Origin: Carcharhinus amblyrhynchos
Taxonomy: Eukaryota
NCBI GenBank assembly: GCA_965287045.1
Contig: OZ336875.1
Span: 16,368,001 to 16,432,000, forward strand
DNA: 64,000 bases
Direction: 5' to 3'
The notes under the pieces are model-generated. The model searched no databases. It was not told where the DNA came from and was given only the letters and a program-made list of their open reading frames with translations. The position numbers were made by a program, and so were the translations under genes. Below are positions 22,993-35,596 of the stretch, in pieces (within the stretch, counting starts at the first letter, position 1; the number at the start of each line of letters is the position of its first letter).

Positions 22993-24760
22993 AGAAACAT
23001 AGAAACTAGGAGCAGAAGTAGGCCATTCAGTCCTTTGAGCCAACTCCACCATTCAATATGACCACGGCTGATCCTCAATCTCAATGCCACATTCCCACTT
23101 TATCCCCCCTAAAATCTAAAAATGATCTTTCTTGAATACATTTAATGATTTGGCCTCCACAGCTTCAGTGATGAAGAATTCCATAGGTTCATTACTTTTG
23201 CGTGAAGAAATGTTTCCTCACCTCAGTCCTAAATGGTCTATCTACCCCATATCTGAGACTGTGTCCCCTAGTTCTAGATTCCCCGACCATCCTCCCTGCA
23301 TCAAGTCTGTCCAGTCATGTTAGAATTTTATAGGTTTCAATCAGATCGCGTCTCATCCTTCTAAATGCTAGTGAATACGTGACCAGTCAAACTAATTTCT
23401 CCTCACATAGCAATTCTATCAACCCCAATATCAGCTTAGTGATCCTCTGCTTCACTGCCTTTGTGAGAAGTATATCCTTTCTTAGGTAGGGAGACCAAAA
23501 CTGCACACAATGCTCCAGTTGTAGTCTCACCAAGGCCCTATATAGCTGCTGAATGACATTTCTACATCTGTGGGCGAATGGGCCAGGAAATGGCAAATGG
23601 AATTTAATGTTGGCAAGTGTGAGGTGGTCCACTTTGGTAGGAAGAATGGTAGGAAGGACTATTACTTACGGGGCGAAAAACTGCAGCAGGCGACGGTGCA
23701 GAGGGACCTCGGGGTCCTTGTGCATGAGTCGCAAAAACCCAGCTTGCAGGTGCAGCAGGTGGTCAGGAAGGCGAATGGGATGCTGGCCTTCATAGCGAGG
23801 GGGATTGAATATAAAAGTAGGGAGGTCTTGCTGCGGCTGTATAGGGCATTGGTGAGGCCGCAGCTGGAGTACTGTGTGCAGTTTTGGGCACCGCACCTGC
23901 GCAAAGATATTTTGGCCTTGGAGGGAGTGCAGAGGAGGTTTACTAGGCTGATACCAGAGTTGAGGGGGTTGAGCTATGAGGAGAGGCTGAATAAACTGGG
24001 CTTGTACTCGTTAGAGTTTAGAAGAATGAGGGGAGATCTCATTGAGACTTATAAGATGATGAATGGGATGAATAGGATAGAGGTGGAGAGACTCTTCCCG
24101 CTCAAAAAAGACAGTAGGACTAGGGGGCACAGCCTCAAGATAAAAGGTTTAGAACGGAGTTGAGGAGGAACTTCTTCACTCAAAGGGTGGTGAATCTCTG
24201 GAATTCTCTGCCCGTTGAAGTGGTGGAGGCTGCCTCGCTAAATATTTTTAAGACGCGGGTTGATGGGTTTTTGATAAGAGAGGGGATTAAGGGTTATGGG
24301 GAGAAAGCGGGAAAGTGGAACTGAGCAGCGACAGATCAGCCATGATCTTATTGAATGGCGGGGCAGGCTTGAAGGGCTAGATGGCCTACTCCTGCTCCTA
24401 TTTCTTATGTTCTTATGTTCTTATGTGTTCAAATCCTCTTGGAATGAAGGCCACCATAGCATTTGTTTTCCTAATTGCTTGCTGCACCTACCTCTCCACT
24501 TTCATTGACTAGCGTGAAGACTTTCAGGTTCCTTTGTACATTCACACTCCCCAATATATCACTATTTAATAATATTTTTCCTTTGTGTTTTTCACACCAA
24601 AGCGTATAATTTCACATTTAGCATCGTTGTACTGAATCTGCCATGTATTTCCCACTCACTCAACTTGTTTAAGTCATTTGGAATTGCTTCTTGCATTCTC
24701 CTCACAACTCACAATTCAGCTCAGTTTTATGTCATCAGCAAACTTGGAAATATTACATTT
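22993..24760 (-). mobile_element. Old CR1 (minus) interrupted by a young CR1
   Basis: AGAAACATAGAAACTAGGAGCAGAAGTAGGCC tail; ORF 23387-23632 QLYRALVRLQLEHCVQFWSP; RT remnant TCATCAGCAAACTTGG at about 24732. Confidence 0.8.
23570..24426 (+). mobile_element. Young 5'-truncated CR1
   Basis: 197 aa ORF WQMEFNVGKCEVVHFG..LYRALVRPQLEYCVQFWAP..RRMRGDLIETYK; (TTCTTATG)3 tail; near-identical to 27931-28800. Confidence 0.95.
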
Positions 24761-25764
24761 GGCTTTATACATACAGTTTGGTTGTATATGTACAGTTTTA
24801 TTAATTGAATTTCAATTCCACCAACTGCTGTGGTGGGATTTGAACTCAAGTATCCAGCACATTAGCTTGGGCCTCTGAATTATTAGTTCAGTGATATTAC
24901 TACCGCTTCCCCCTAACTGCTTTGTTTCCTATATTACAACATTTGGAAAGATACTTTGTTACCTGTAAATCACAATGGGACATCGTACGGTTATGAAAGG
25001 TGCAACATAAACACAGGTTTTTCCCCCATCATCGTTGTCTATTTACAAATCCCCTCATTTCATTAGGCTCAGGCCACCATATGTGTAATCCTTAATAGTC
25101 TTGACTGAATTTCAAATTGTGTCTGCTGTAAAGTTGCTGTAAAAAACCAGAAAGAAGCTAAATGGAAGGATGTCTATATATGGGGTAAATGGGCTACAAA
25201 TTGATTAAGGGTGGAAGATGTCCTGGTCACATTGATCCCACCTTAAGGGGGAAAGAAAGAAAAGGACACAAGAGCAGAAACAATGAAGGCCAGAAATTGT
25301 ACTTAGCAGAGAAAAAAATATGTGGGATCACCAGGGATGATTCCAAACATAAAATGCCACTTTTCCTGTAATAAGAAGAAACATGACTCACCCAGTCACT
25401 CAACAGTGGTTCTAATGTTGGACACTCACACAAAATGGCACACAGCATATCCAAAAGATAAGGTGAGAAGGCAACATAGGAAGGCATTGAAAAGATAAAA
25501 AACAGATAAAAGAGACAGGAAGGCAATTTGTAGATGATGTACATTATATGAGTATGGAATGGATAACTTGGCTAGTGACCAAGGGAGAAATTAAAATTTT
25601 ATCATTTATTTCCATGTGAACAAACCACAGGGAATGAAGAGAAGTGCTGAACTGAAGGTAAATGGATGTGCTAAATAAGGGCGATCTTACATTCTGTAAA
25701 ATACAATCAGAAAATTACTTTGATAAGAGCTCTGGTGAGGCAAAAATCCATTCATAAAGAAAAA

Positions 25765-26220
25765 AAGACTTACATTTATAAAGTGCTTACTACAACCACA
25801 TCCTGTCCCAAAATGCTTTACAGCTAATGAAACAGCTAGGAAGTGAAGTTGCTATTGCAATGCAGAAAACACAGCAATCAAGTTGTGTACGTCAAGCTTC
25901 CACAACCAGCAAAGTCATATGATCAAATAATCTGGTTTTGTGAGGTTGATTGAGGGATAATTATTGGCCAGGACATCAGAGATAGCTCCATTGTTCTTCT
26001 TTGAATAATGTCAAGGGATCATTAATGTCCTGAGATGGCAAAGAGGGCTAAGGCTTAACATCTCATCTGAAAAGCAGTATCTTTAACAGTTTAACACTCC
26101 CTCAATACTGCATTGAAGCATCAGCCTGGATTTTTTTTTGTTCTCAGTTATCTGGAGTGAGACTAATTGCCCACAACTTCCTCTACCACAGGCGAGAAGT
26201 CTATCCATTGAGCCACAACT
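25765..26220 (-). mobile_element. Deu-domain SINE (SacSINE1-like)
   Basis: Reverse complement of the family at 35165: AACATCTCATCTGAAAAG..ACACTCCCTCAATACTGCA..TCAGCCTGGATTTTT..TCTGGAGTGAGAC. Confidence 0.7.
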
Positions 26221-26924
26221 TGACATTGTAGATTATAAAACTATAATTTTTTAAATTTTAATATTACTTTCTTTTCATTTTGTTAAATAATGCAATGATT
26301 CTGGCAGCTTTAGTTAAGAAAAAAAGGTGAACTTAGTTAATGTTATTACAAATAAAACAGAGTGAGAAAATGACTATTGCCCAGTGATCAAAACAAATAA
26401 AAATGGGTGTCAGTGAATATTGTATGAGCTTTACCTGGATTATGGCAGCATTTTGGGATTTGCTGTGAACTCTTTATCATACATGTGTGCTCCAATTATC
26501 TGTGCATTGACATTCCAATATTTATAATGACTGCAAGCTGTATTGGCCAACCATTACTTTAGATGTGGCTGTCTTCTACCTAAATAAGCTTAAAATGGAG
26601 GGAAGTCTATGCCACATTGACAATATCATTGGATGGACTTGCCTCTGCTATAAACATTAGACAAAGGATTTATGTGCCAGTTAATTCAGGGCATAGCATT
26701 AAGGGCACCAATGAGTTCTGCATGATGCCCACCAGAGCCAGAACCAAATTACAGGTGCCGATATCTCCATCCCTCCCACAACATCATTGGACCTGACCAG
26801 GCATCTCTTCATGCTACTGAACATATAGATGAAAAAAAAACTTATTCTACATATCACAGATATGTACATATTACTTATTATAAGTACATATTTACTTATT
26901 GTACATATCACAGATATGTTCAAT

Positions 26925-27330
26925 AAGATATTGGCCCATCATATCTGCTCAGGCTGCCTAAGCGAGCCATGTACCTTGTGCCAGTCCCCAGCCTTCTCCA
27001 TGTAGTCCTGCATGTTCTTTCCTCTCGGCAATGATCCAATTCCCTGTTAAAAATCTCGAATAAACCTGCCTCCACCACACTGTGAGTTAGTGCATTGCAG
27101 AATCCAATCACTTGCTGTGTAATAACGCTTCTCCTCACGTCTTCATTTCTTCTTTTGCCAATTACTTTAAATCTGTGCTCTCTTGCTATCAAATCACCTT
27201 TCAACCTCCTCTCTTCAAGGGAAAACAGTCCCAACATCTCCAATCTGTGAAACTGAAGTTCCTCATCCCTAGAACCATTTTCGTGAATCTTTTCTACACT
27301 ATCTCTAATGCCTTCACGCATTTCCTGCAT
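26925..27330 (-). mobile_element. Old CR1 3' fragment
   Basis: ORF 26920-27330 has RLEMLGLFSLEERRLKGDLI. Confidence 0.8.
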
Positions 27331-27509
27331 GTATTTTTAGATTAGTATTTTTGAATGTGATTTGTGTCAAGTCACCTCCTGAGAAAATGTATGAGCAGCG
27401 CACAAAATGAAAAGACAAATATTATCATGATTTTGAATAATATGCTGATGAAGTCTCGAAGTAAAATTCACAAAACAAATTGCAACTCTATATCGTACAA
27501 CATCTTCAC

Positions 27510-27745
27510 CTTCAACAATAAACAACAGCATTTATATAGCACCTTTAACATAACAAAACACCTCAAGGCACTTCACAGGAGCTATTATCAAATGGGATTT
27601 AATACTGAACAACATAAGGAGATAGTGAGGCAGGTGACCAAAAGCTTCATCAAAAGAGTACATGTTAAGGAGCGTCAGATAAAGAAGTATTTGGGAATAC
27701 AATTCCAGACTTTAGGGCATAGGTAGCTGAAGGCACAGCTGCCTA
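27510..27745 (-). mobile_element. L2-type LINE 3' end
   Basis: GCATTTATATAGCACCTTTAAC..AAGGCACTTCACAGGAG..CATAAGGAGATA..CAGGTGACCAAAAGCTT; second copy at about 41500-41770. Confidence 0.65.
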
Positions 27746-27923
27746 TAGAATGAACATACAAATATATGAATTAGAGCAGGAGTAGGCCACTTGGCCCCTC
27801 GACCCTACTCCACCATTTAATAAGATCATTGCTGATCGAATAGTAATCTCCCACTTATCCACGATAATCTTTCACTCTCTTGTTTATCAATCTACCTTGG
27901 ACTGAACAATATTCAAAGACTGT

Positions 27924-28997
27924 GGGCGAGAAGGATCTAGATAGGTTGGGCGAATGGGCCAGGAAATGGCAAATGGAATTTAATGTTGGCAAGTGCGAGG
28001 TGGTCCACTTTGGTAGGAATAATGGTAGGAAGGATTATTACTTACAGGGTGAAAAACTGCAGCAGGCGACGGTGCAGAGGGACCTCGGGGTCCTTGTTCA
28101 TGAGTCGCAAAAACCCAGCCTGCAGGTGCAGCAGGTGGTCAGGAAGGCTAATGGGATGCTGGCCTTCATAGCAAGGGGGATTGAATATGAAAGTAGGGAG
28201 GTCTTGCTGCAGCTGTATAGGGCATTGGTGAGGCCGCAGCTGGAGTACTGTGTGCAGTTTTGGGCGCCGTACTTACGCAAGGATATTTTGGCCTTGGAGG
28301 GAGTGCAGAGGAGGTTTACTAGGCTGATACCAGAGTTGAGGGGGTTGAGCTATGAGGAGAGGCTGAATAAACTAGGCTTGTACTCGTTAGAGTTTAGAAG
28401 AATGAGGGGAGATCTCATTGAGACGTATAAGATGATGAATGGGATGGATAGGATAGAGGTGGAGAGGCTCTTCCCACTCAGAAAGGACAGTAGGACAAGG
28501 GGGCACAGCCTCAAGATAAAGGGGGGGTGGTTTAGAACGGAGTTGAGGAGGAACTTCTTCACTCAAAGGGTGGTGAATCTCTGGAATTCTCTGCCCATTG
28601 AGGTGGTGGAGGCTACCTCGCTAAATATTTTTAAGACGCGGGTTGATGGGTTTTTGATAAGCAAGGGGATTAAGGGTTATGGGGAGAGGGCGGGAATGTG
28701 GAACTGAGACACGACAGATCAGCCATGATCTTATTGAATGGCGGGGCAGGCTCGAAGGGCTGGATGGCCTACTCCTGCTCCTATTTCTTATGTTCTTATG
28801 AGGTTCCCCAGCCTACTAGCTGTGTGTTTCCCACTGGCAGGAGGTGGTGCACTGTTTGCTAGTGACGGGGTTAGCTGGTCCCACCACTGTCCATGGAAAT
28901 TCCATTGATACCATAGGCCAAAGGGAATTCCGCAGGAAGGTGTATGCTGCCTAGACCAGAAAATCCCACTGGTGTGTATGGCCGGAGAATTTCGGCC
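27924..28997. mobile_element. Harbinger-like MITE split by a CR1 insertion
   Basis: Rejoined left TIR GGGCGAG|GTTCCCCAGCC versus right TIR (reverse complement) GGCCGAAATTCTCCGGCC, 13/18 match; flanks TGT / TCT. Confidence 0.6.
27931..28800 (+). mobile_element. Young 5'-truncated CR1
   Basis: Uninterrupted ORF2 C-terminus (KDLDRLGEWARKWQMEFN..FFTQRVVNLWNSLP..) to the stop at 28707; (TTCTTATG)2 tail. Confidence 0.95.
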
Positions 28998-29996
28998 TCT
29001 GTTTCCATTGTGTTTTGAGAAAGGGAGTTCCAAAGTCACGCAGCCTTCTGAGAGAAAAAAATTCTTGTCATCTCTGTCTAGATTGGGCACTCGCTTACTT
29101 TTAAACAGTGACCCCTAGTTCTAGATTCTTCCACAAGAGGAAACATCCTACCATATCCACCCTGTCAAGACCCCTCAGGAACTTAACGTTTCAATAAGGT
29201 CACCTTAAAATCAGTGTTGCAAAAGAGGAGTGCAGAAATCTCAGAGGATCATAGGGTTAGAGGTAGTTACATAAAAAATGAAAGACAAGTCCTAATTTAC
29301 CGCTAAAGGACTAAGTTCCTTTAAACTAATCAATTTCCTATGCAACCTGATCCTGTGATCCATCATGCCAGACTTTGTATTGAACCTCAACACAGGCAAA
29401 TTCAAAGAACCTCCTGAGACAACCAAACTGCCAGCTTCTGACAACAGCCTCAGTAAAGCATGATATCATTCCCTACTTTTCGCACAAAAAAATGATGAAA
29501 AGGAAGTGTTAACATGTTAAAATATTCATGTCAGAAAATCTGACTCCCAAACATCTTCACAGATTTCAAGTTGCACAATTTCCTGGTACCGTCAGGGTGT
29601 AAAAACTAAATGAATCATCTTGTTCTAAAGTCAAATGAAGGCTCTCCTGCTCAATGAATACAGTTAAGGCTTTTATCAATTTGCCCATGATTATGATAAG
29701 AGGTGAATCAATGACCTCTTTTTTTGTCAGATACCAGCAACTTTGACATTCAAGCAAGGGCAATGAAAAGTGAATAAGTGCTTCAAGCTGACATTGCTTC
29801 TTTATTTAACTGTGCCTGAGACTGATTGTGATGTGTGTGTCTTATTACTTCTGGTGTTACAGAACACAAATGAATGAGTTATCACTGCTTTGTGAGGCAA
29901 GTGTGGTACATTGCTATTTTTACAGTACAAAAGTCTCTTGAATACCCATTTGTAAGAGTTTCTGAGATGCTTCTGTGCCCCAAAATCAAGCATTTA

Positions 29997-30543
29997 TAGA
30001 ACATAGAACATTACAGCGCAGTACAGGCCCTTCGGCCCTCGATGTTGCACCGACCAGTGGAACCAATCTAATGACCCTCTAACCTAAACTATTTCAACGT
30101 TATCCATATGCCTATCCACTGACCATTTGAACGCCCTTCAAGCTGGCGAGTCCACAACTGCTGCAGGCAGGGCATTCCACGCCCTTACTACCCTCTGAGT
30201 AGAGAACCTACCTCTGACATCCGTCCTATAATTACCATCCCTTAATTTAAAGCTATGTCCCCTCGTGTTAGCCGTCACCGAGGAAAAACGCTCTCACTAT
30301 CCCCCCTATCTAACCCTCTGATCATCTTGTATGCCTCAATTAGGTCACCTCTCAACCTTCTTCTTTCTGACAAAAACAACCTCAAGTCCCTCAGCCTTTC
30401 TGCATAAGACCTTCCCACCATACCAGGCAACATCCTGGTAAACCGCCTCTACACCCTTTCCAATGCCTCCACATCCTTCTTATAATGCGGCGACCAGAAC
30501 AGTACGCAATACTCCAAGTGCGGCCGCACCAGAGTTTTGTACA
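29997..30543 (-). mobile_element. 5'-truncated CR1
   Basis: (AGAACAT)n tail; TACTCCAAGTGCGGCCGCACCAGAG shared with 52806-53998. Confidence 0.9.
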
Positions 30544-30989
30544 TATATATGTAATATATTTCCCTGTCAAATCTGTACAAGAAAATCACCAATGTGATTC
30601 AATCCATGCCTGACTTCTTAAATGAAGACAGTGAGTTATGGTTATTATTTTAATGAAAGAAAATCCAGATTTCACCATTTATCATGCCTGATTTTTTTTG
30701 CCTTACATTAGATCAGAATCACAGAAGCACAGAATTAATTGAAAGGTTAAGTGAGATTTTCCCATTGCTTGGAAGCAATAGTGAAAATGTTCAATATGTG
30801 GGGAGATGAAAGTGATTTGATTATTAATGCAGAATTATGGAATGTTCTTGTAAAATAAAAGGCCATCTGACCCATCCAGCTGGTGCATTTCTCTAAATGA
30901 GCCACCTCTACTTGTTCTATTTCCCATGTTCATTCCTCACACCCTTTACCATTCCCTTCTTTAAAGAAACTATCTGAATCCCTTTAAAG

Positions 30990-32370
30990 CATAGGAACAA
31001 GAGGGGGCCATCAAGCCTCTTCCGTGATCATGACTGACCTTAGATCCATCTATCCACCTCAGTTTTCTATCGCTTAATAGTAAAGATCTATCAATCTCAG
31101 TTTGGAAATTTTCACCTGATCCTCAATCCCAAGAGACTTTCTTTGTGGGATGAGATAGGCCAGAATGTTCCAGATTAACACTATCCTTTATGTGAAGGAG
31201 ACTTTCCTAACATTACTCCCGAACAGCTTAGCTTAATTTAAAGATAGGTTAGGCTCTTTTGTTCTGGACTATCCTACCAAAGAAAATAACTTCTCTCCAT
31301 CTACTCTTTAGAATCTTTTCCATTCCGTTCCAATTCTCTTCCTGTACCTAGTGGTGCACCAAGGCAGACGTTTGTCTGTTTCCATCACTGTTAATTCCCA
31401 GAACAGATCATTAATCTGTTATCAGGGGCTTAATGCTTGAGGGGCGCCACGCCACATCAAGCATGGCTGACCATAAGTCTCTCTCGCTCTTACCGCCAGC
31501 TATTAGTGTGTTTGTAAGGACTTGTAGGCTGACACTCAACCTGTTGGCTGGGTTATGAATGCACCTTCCTTGGCTTTCAAGTCCTGGAGTGGGACTTGAA
31601 CCTGAAGCTTCAGGCTCATAGATAGGGATGCTACCCACTGCGCCACAAGACCTATTAAATCCTTCAATCATCTTAAATACTTCAATTAGATCACCCTTTA
31701 ATCTACTATTGCATACTCAAGGGAATATAATAGACAAAGACTATGCAAACTCTCCTCATACCCTTTTAACCCCAGTAGCATTGTGGTGAACTCCAAAGAC
31801 ACTATTCTTTCCTGACACGAAGTGGCAAGAATTCCAAATGTGGTCTCACTAGTGCCCTGTACAACTGAAGCATAACTTCCCTAGTTTTCTATTCAATTTT
31901 CCTCACAATAAATGATAACATCCTGTTATCTTTCCTAATTACTCATTGTACCTACATACTAGCCATTTTTGATTCATGCACCCAGATCTCTGCATTTTAG
32001 AGCTCTGCAATCTCTCACTATTTTGATTATATGCTTTTTTATCCTTTCTCCCAAAATGCAAATTTCACATTTGCCCACAGTATACTTAATTTATCAGATA
32101 TTTGCCTATTCACTAACTATAACTACTTCACTCACTTATCAATATTGTTTTGTAGCCTCCTTATATCCTTTTCACAAGTTACTTTCCTACCTATCTCTGG
32201 GTCATCAGCAAATTTGACAACCATCCTTTCAGCCAATTAACTTATATAAACTGTAAGCAGTTGAAGTCCCGGCACTGATCTGTGGCACATCACTCATTAC
32301 ATTTTTCCAACTTGAAAAAGACTATTTATGCCTTTTAGCAAGCCAATTTTCTATTCATACTAATATGTTA
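30990..32370 (-). mobile_element. Old CR1 fragment containing a SINE
   Basis: CR1 3' UTR-like start; RT remnant GTCATCAGCAAATTTG at about 32202. Confidence 0.6.
31345..31652 (-). mobile_element. tRNA-derived SINE of a third family
   Basis: Reverse complement begins GGTCTTGTGGCGCAGTGGGTAGC (A box) with GGTTCAAGTCCC (B box); body unlike HE1. Confidence 0.75.
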
Positions 32371-35164
32371 CCCATTTTATTTTACTAAGGCAGAATTACA
32401 TGCAGCCTATGCCATTGATGCCTCAGTTAATGTATCAATGAATTGAAGTGATAAATTAACATGGCATGTCGTTTACAGGTCATCTCAAAGCCAGCAAGCC
32501 AGTGCTAAACCCTTCACCTGGCCTGTGTCTAGACATGGCATCCTCACCCCATCCCTTCCAGATAAAAGACTTCGTGGAGGATCAGAGATGGTTGTCCCTC
32601 CCACTCATATATATAAGTGCCATGGAGACATTGCACTTTGACCAATGTGAAGAGAGCCACGTGCAAGAAGCCTCACAAAGACACCTTTCTGCTTGTCTCC
32701 GCTACCCTCAAAACTCGATAGAGAGACCATTTCCTTAGAAACATAGAAAGACTAATCACATGAGCCTTGTCAGGCATAACCAGGGAGGATTAAGGTTTGG
32801 AGTTACAAGTTGGCTGCCCACCATCAGCTTTCCCCTTGGAGGCATTCACTTCTCTTTAACTTTGCCTCTGACTATAGCCAATGGCAAATGATGTAGAATG
32901 AACAGTAACTGTAACCTTGCTAGGATCTCAGTGTTATAAGACCCATGAGTCATCACCCTTGACCATCCAATATCACCATTCTTTTCCCCATTGTCACTCT
33001 AGAATCTCCCCTCATTACCCTGGACCCTATCACATCCATATGTCTTTCCTCCCCTCAAAACTGACACCCGTTATTATCCCCATGCCCACCCTGATCCTGC
33101 CTCTCCTGTTATTCAAACCACCTGTCCAGTCCCCCTCTGTGGCCCACCGGATGAAATTTTCACCTACCAGACTCTTACCTTGGAGCTGCCACATCCCACA
33201 CCCCATTCTGATTCTGATTGTTACCTCTTATTACCCTGGATTCTTCCTCCAGGGTCCCACCACCGCCACCTCCAATCCTATCCCAATTCCTTGGACATTC
33301 CCTTCCCCATTACCCCAAACACAGTCCCCCAGAAAATTGTCACCAGTCACTGTCACTCCACCCTTCCCCATGAGGCAGCCTCTCCTGTTCTGCCTTCACT
33401 CCACGCTCCCTCCCTACCCTTACCAAATTCCCGCCTTCACTTGTCTCTCTCGTCGAGCCTTGGTGCAGCATTTGCTAACAGCACTTAGTGAAATTATGCG
33501 AGATCCTCAAGAAAGACAAAGCAAGATTTACAGACCTCAGAGTTTTACAGACCTCAGAGTCATGGAAGGAATGAAGTTCAGCAGGTGCACCCTGCAAAAC
33601 TGAATGTTCTAAATTCTTGCTGGCAGGGAACATAACTTGGAGGGTGAATTTAATTCTAGTGAGGTGCTCTCTTAATCAACATGTGTGAGATGCTAATAAA
33701 TGCAAATTGAGTTCCCAACATTGCTGGAAATCTTACCCCACCTTTCTCCTGCCTTCACAGTCAGGAGACAAAAATTTGAGTATATCTTGCTGCTGGTAAA
33801 CATTTTTTTGCCTGTTGGCAAACAAAGTGCCCCTGCCACCCAGTCCCACTGCTGGTGGGACCAAAAAATTCTACTCAGCGAGCTTCCATTTCTCCCCCCT
33901 GAACTTCATCTGCCATGGTTTTACCTACTCAATTAATAAATACCCCTTTGCAACTTTTCACTTACATCTACATTACTTACTGGCTGGAATTTGGTGCTTT
34001 CTCTGGTAGTGAACTTGGATGCGGGAAGGCAGATTGGTGGTTTACCAGGCTATCGTTGCTTTCCGGCCTCCATCAGAATTAAGCTGTATGGAGGGAACTC
34101 TAATGGCCGACCTTATCACTCCTCCGCCAATGAAGACCCTCACATGTCCAATTAATGACTAATTAAGGTCCTCAGCCTGCCTCAACTGGTATTAACCCAG
34201 ACACATCTGTTGCCATGCAGCATAATGGTGTGCGGCCAACTTGTCACTTTCTGGTAGTTTAGGGGAGGGGATGCTTTGATCAAAGGCATTCAGAGCCAGA
34301 TTAGAGGGTCGGAAATTCGGAAAATCTCTGGGAACTAACAATACAGCATTCAAGAGAAAGAATATACAAAATAAATCAATGTATCTTCATTAAAACATTC
34401 TAAATAAACTGGAAGTAAATGTGACATATGTCTATTTGGAGTTAAGATTAGAGCCATGGGTATCTTCACATCTTTTAGTGTGGGATCTGCTGAGAGTCAC
34501 CAGCTTGCCCTTGCTGCCTATCCCCCTGCACACCTCTCCTTACTAGCCCTTTCCCACAAATCCCCACACCATTTACCTATGGCCTTTGTCACTCTGCAAT
34601 GCTGGGGAATCAGTGCCTGTCATTCTCGCAGCAGGCACTGCCTCCCCCAGACAAGAAGAGCTGCCAGGAGCTGATTGGCTGGGAGATTTTGGCAGGCAAG
34701 ACTTCAGTCCCCAAGGTCTTGATTCCAGATCCACCACTGGCCTCACCACTACCTGGTTGACATGTGGTTCCTGAAAAAAGACAGCATAGCCTCTTGCTGG
34801 CTCTCAAGCCAGCAGACAAGGTCCCTGATGTCTCAGCAAGTTTCCACCCACTGCACCACCAGATTTAGCATTGTCAATAAATTTGGATATACTCATTTAT
34901 TCTTCTCAGTCCTTTAGAAATAAAGTGAAAAGTTATAGCCTCAGTACACATCCTTGGTGGACACCAGTGGATACATTTTGTCAATTTAAGTACATACTAA
35001 TGAACTATTTGGCAGTCTCCTGTTTGTTAACCAATTCTTTATCCATGTCAGTAACTTGCCGCCAATTCCATACTCTTTATTTTTTTTTCTAAGTTGCTTG
35101 TGTGCACCGTGTATTGCTTCTGGAAGCCCATACAGCTAATTCCCACAGATAGTCCTGTATTTAG

Positions 35165-35590
35165 TTACCACTCAGTTGGTAACATTCTTGCTTCTGAGTA
35201 AAAGATTGTGGGTTCAAATCCCAATCCAGAAATTAAAAGTATAGAAATGTAGGCTGACACTCCAGTACAGTACTGATGATGAGCTGCACTATCCAAGAGC
35301 CTTCTTTCAGGTAAGACATTAAATGGAGGTCCTGTTTTCCTTTATAGGCGGAGGTGAAGATACCCATGGCATGATTTTGAAGATCAGGGGAGTTATCCCA
35401 GTGTCAGTCTTTGGTCAATATTTGTTCTTCAATCAACATCAGCAAAATTAATTAACTGATTATTATCGCATTGCTGTTTGTGAGAGCTTGCAGTGTGCAC
35501 AATGATTTCACATTATAAAAATTACTACATTTACATAAAGTATAGTGTCCTGGGACATCTTGAGTCCATGAAAAACACTTTATAAATGAA
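35165..35590 (+). mobile_element. Deu-domain SINE (SacSINE1-like)
   Basis: tRNA-like head with GGTTCAAATCCC B box; TAGGCTGACACTCCAGTACAGTACTGA..CTGCACT..CTTTCAG Deu-like core. Confidence 0.7.
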
Positions 35591-35596
35591 GGTAAA

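Larger units (their letters stand above)
27750..29210 (-). mobile_element. Old CR1 3' end, host of a MITE that hosts a young CR1
   Basis: Left part ends ATATTCAAAGAC (27920); the CR1 3' UTR resumes TCTGTTTCC..GAGTTCCAAAG..CCCCTAGTTCTAGATTC at 28998. Confidence 0.75.

Noticed and set aside
26848-26921. Short AT-rich repeat (TACATATCACAGATATGT twice, TACTTATT twice)
   Set aside because: Simple slippage-type duplication beside a CR1 tail; no evidence of function.
32917-33603. 228 aa Pro/Ser/His-rich ORF
   Set aside because: Lies in a C/T-rich low-complexity tract that lacks stops; TTG start and no motif; probably the interior of an old repeat.
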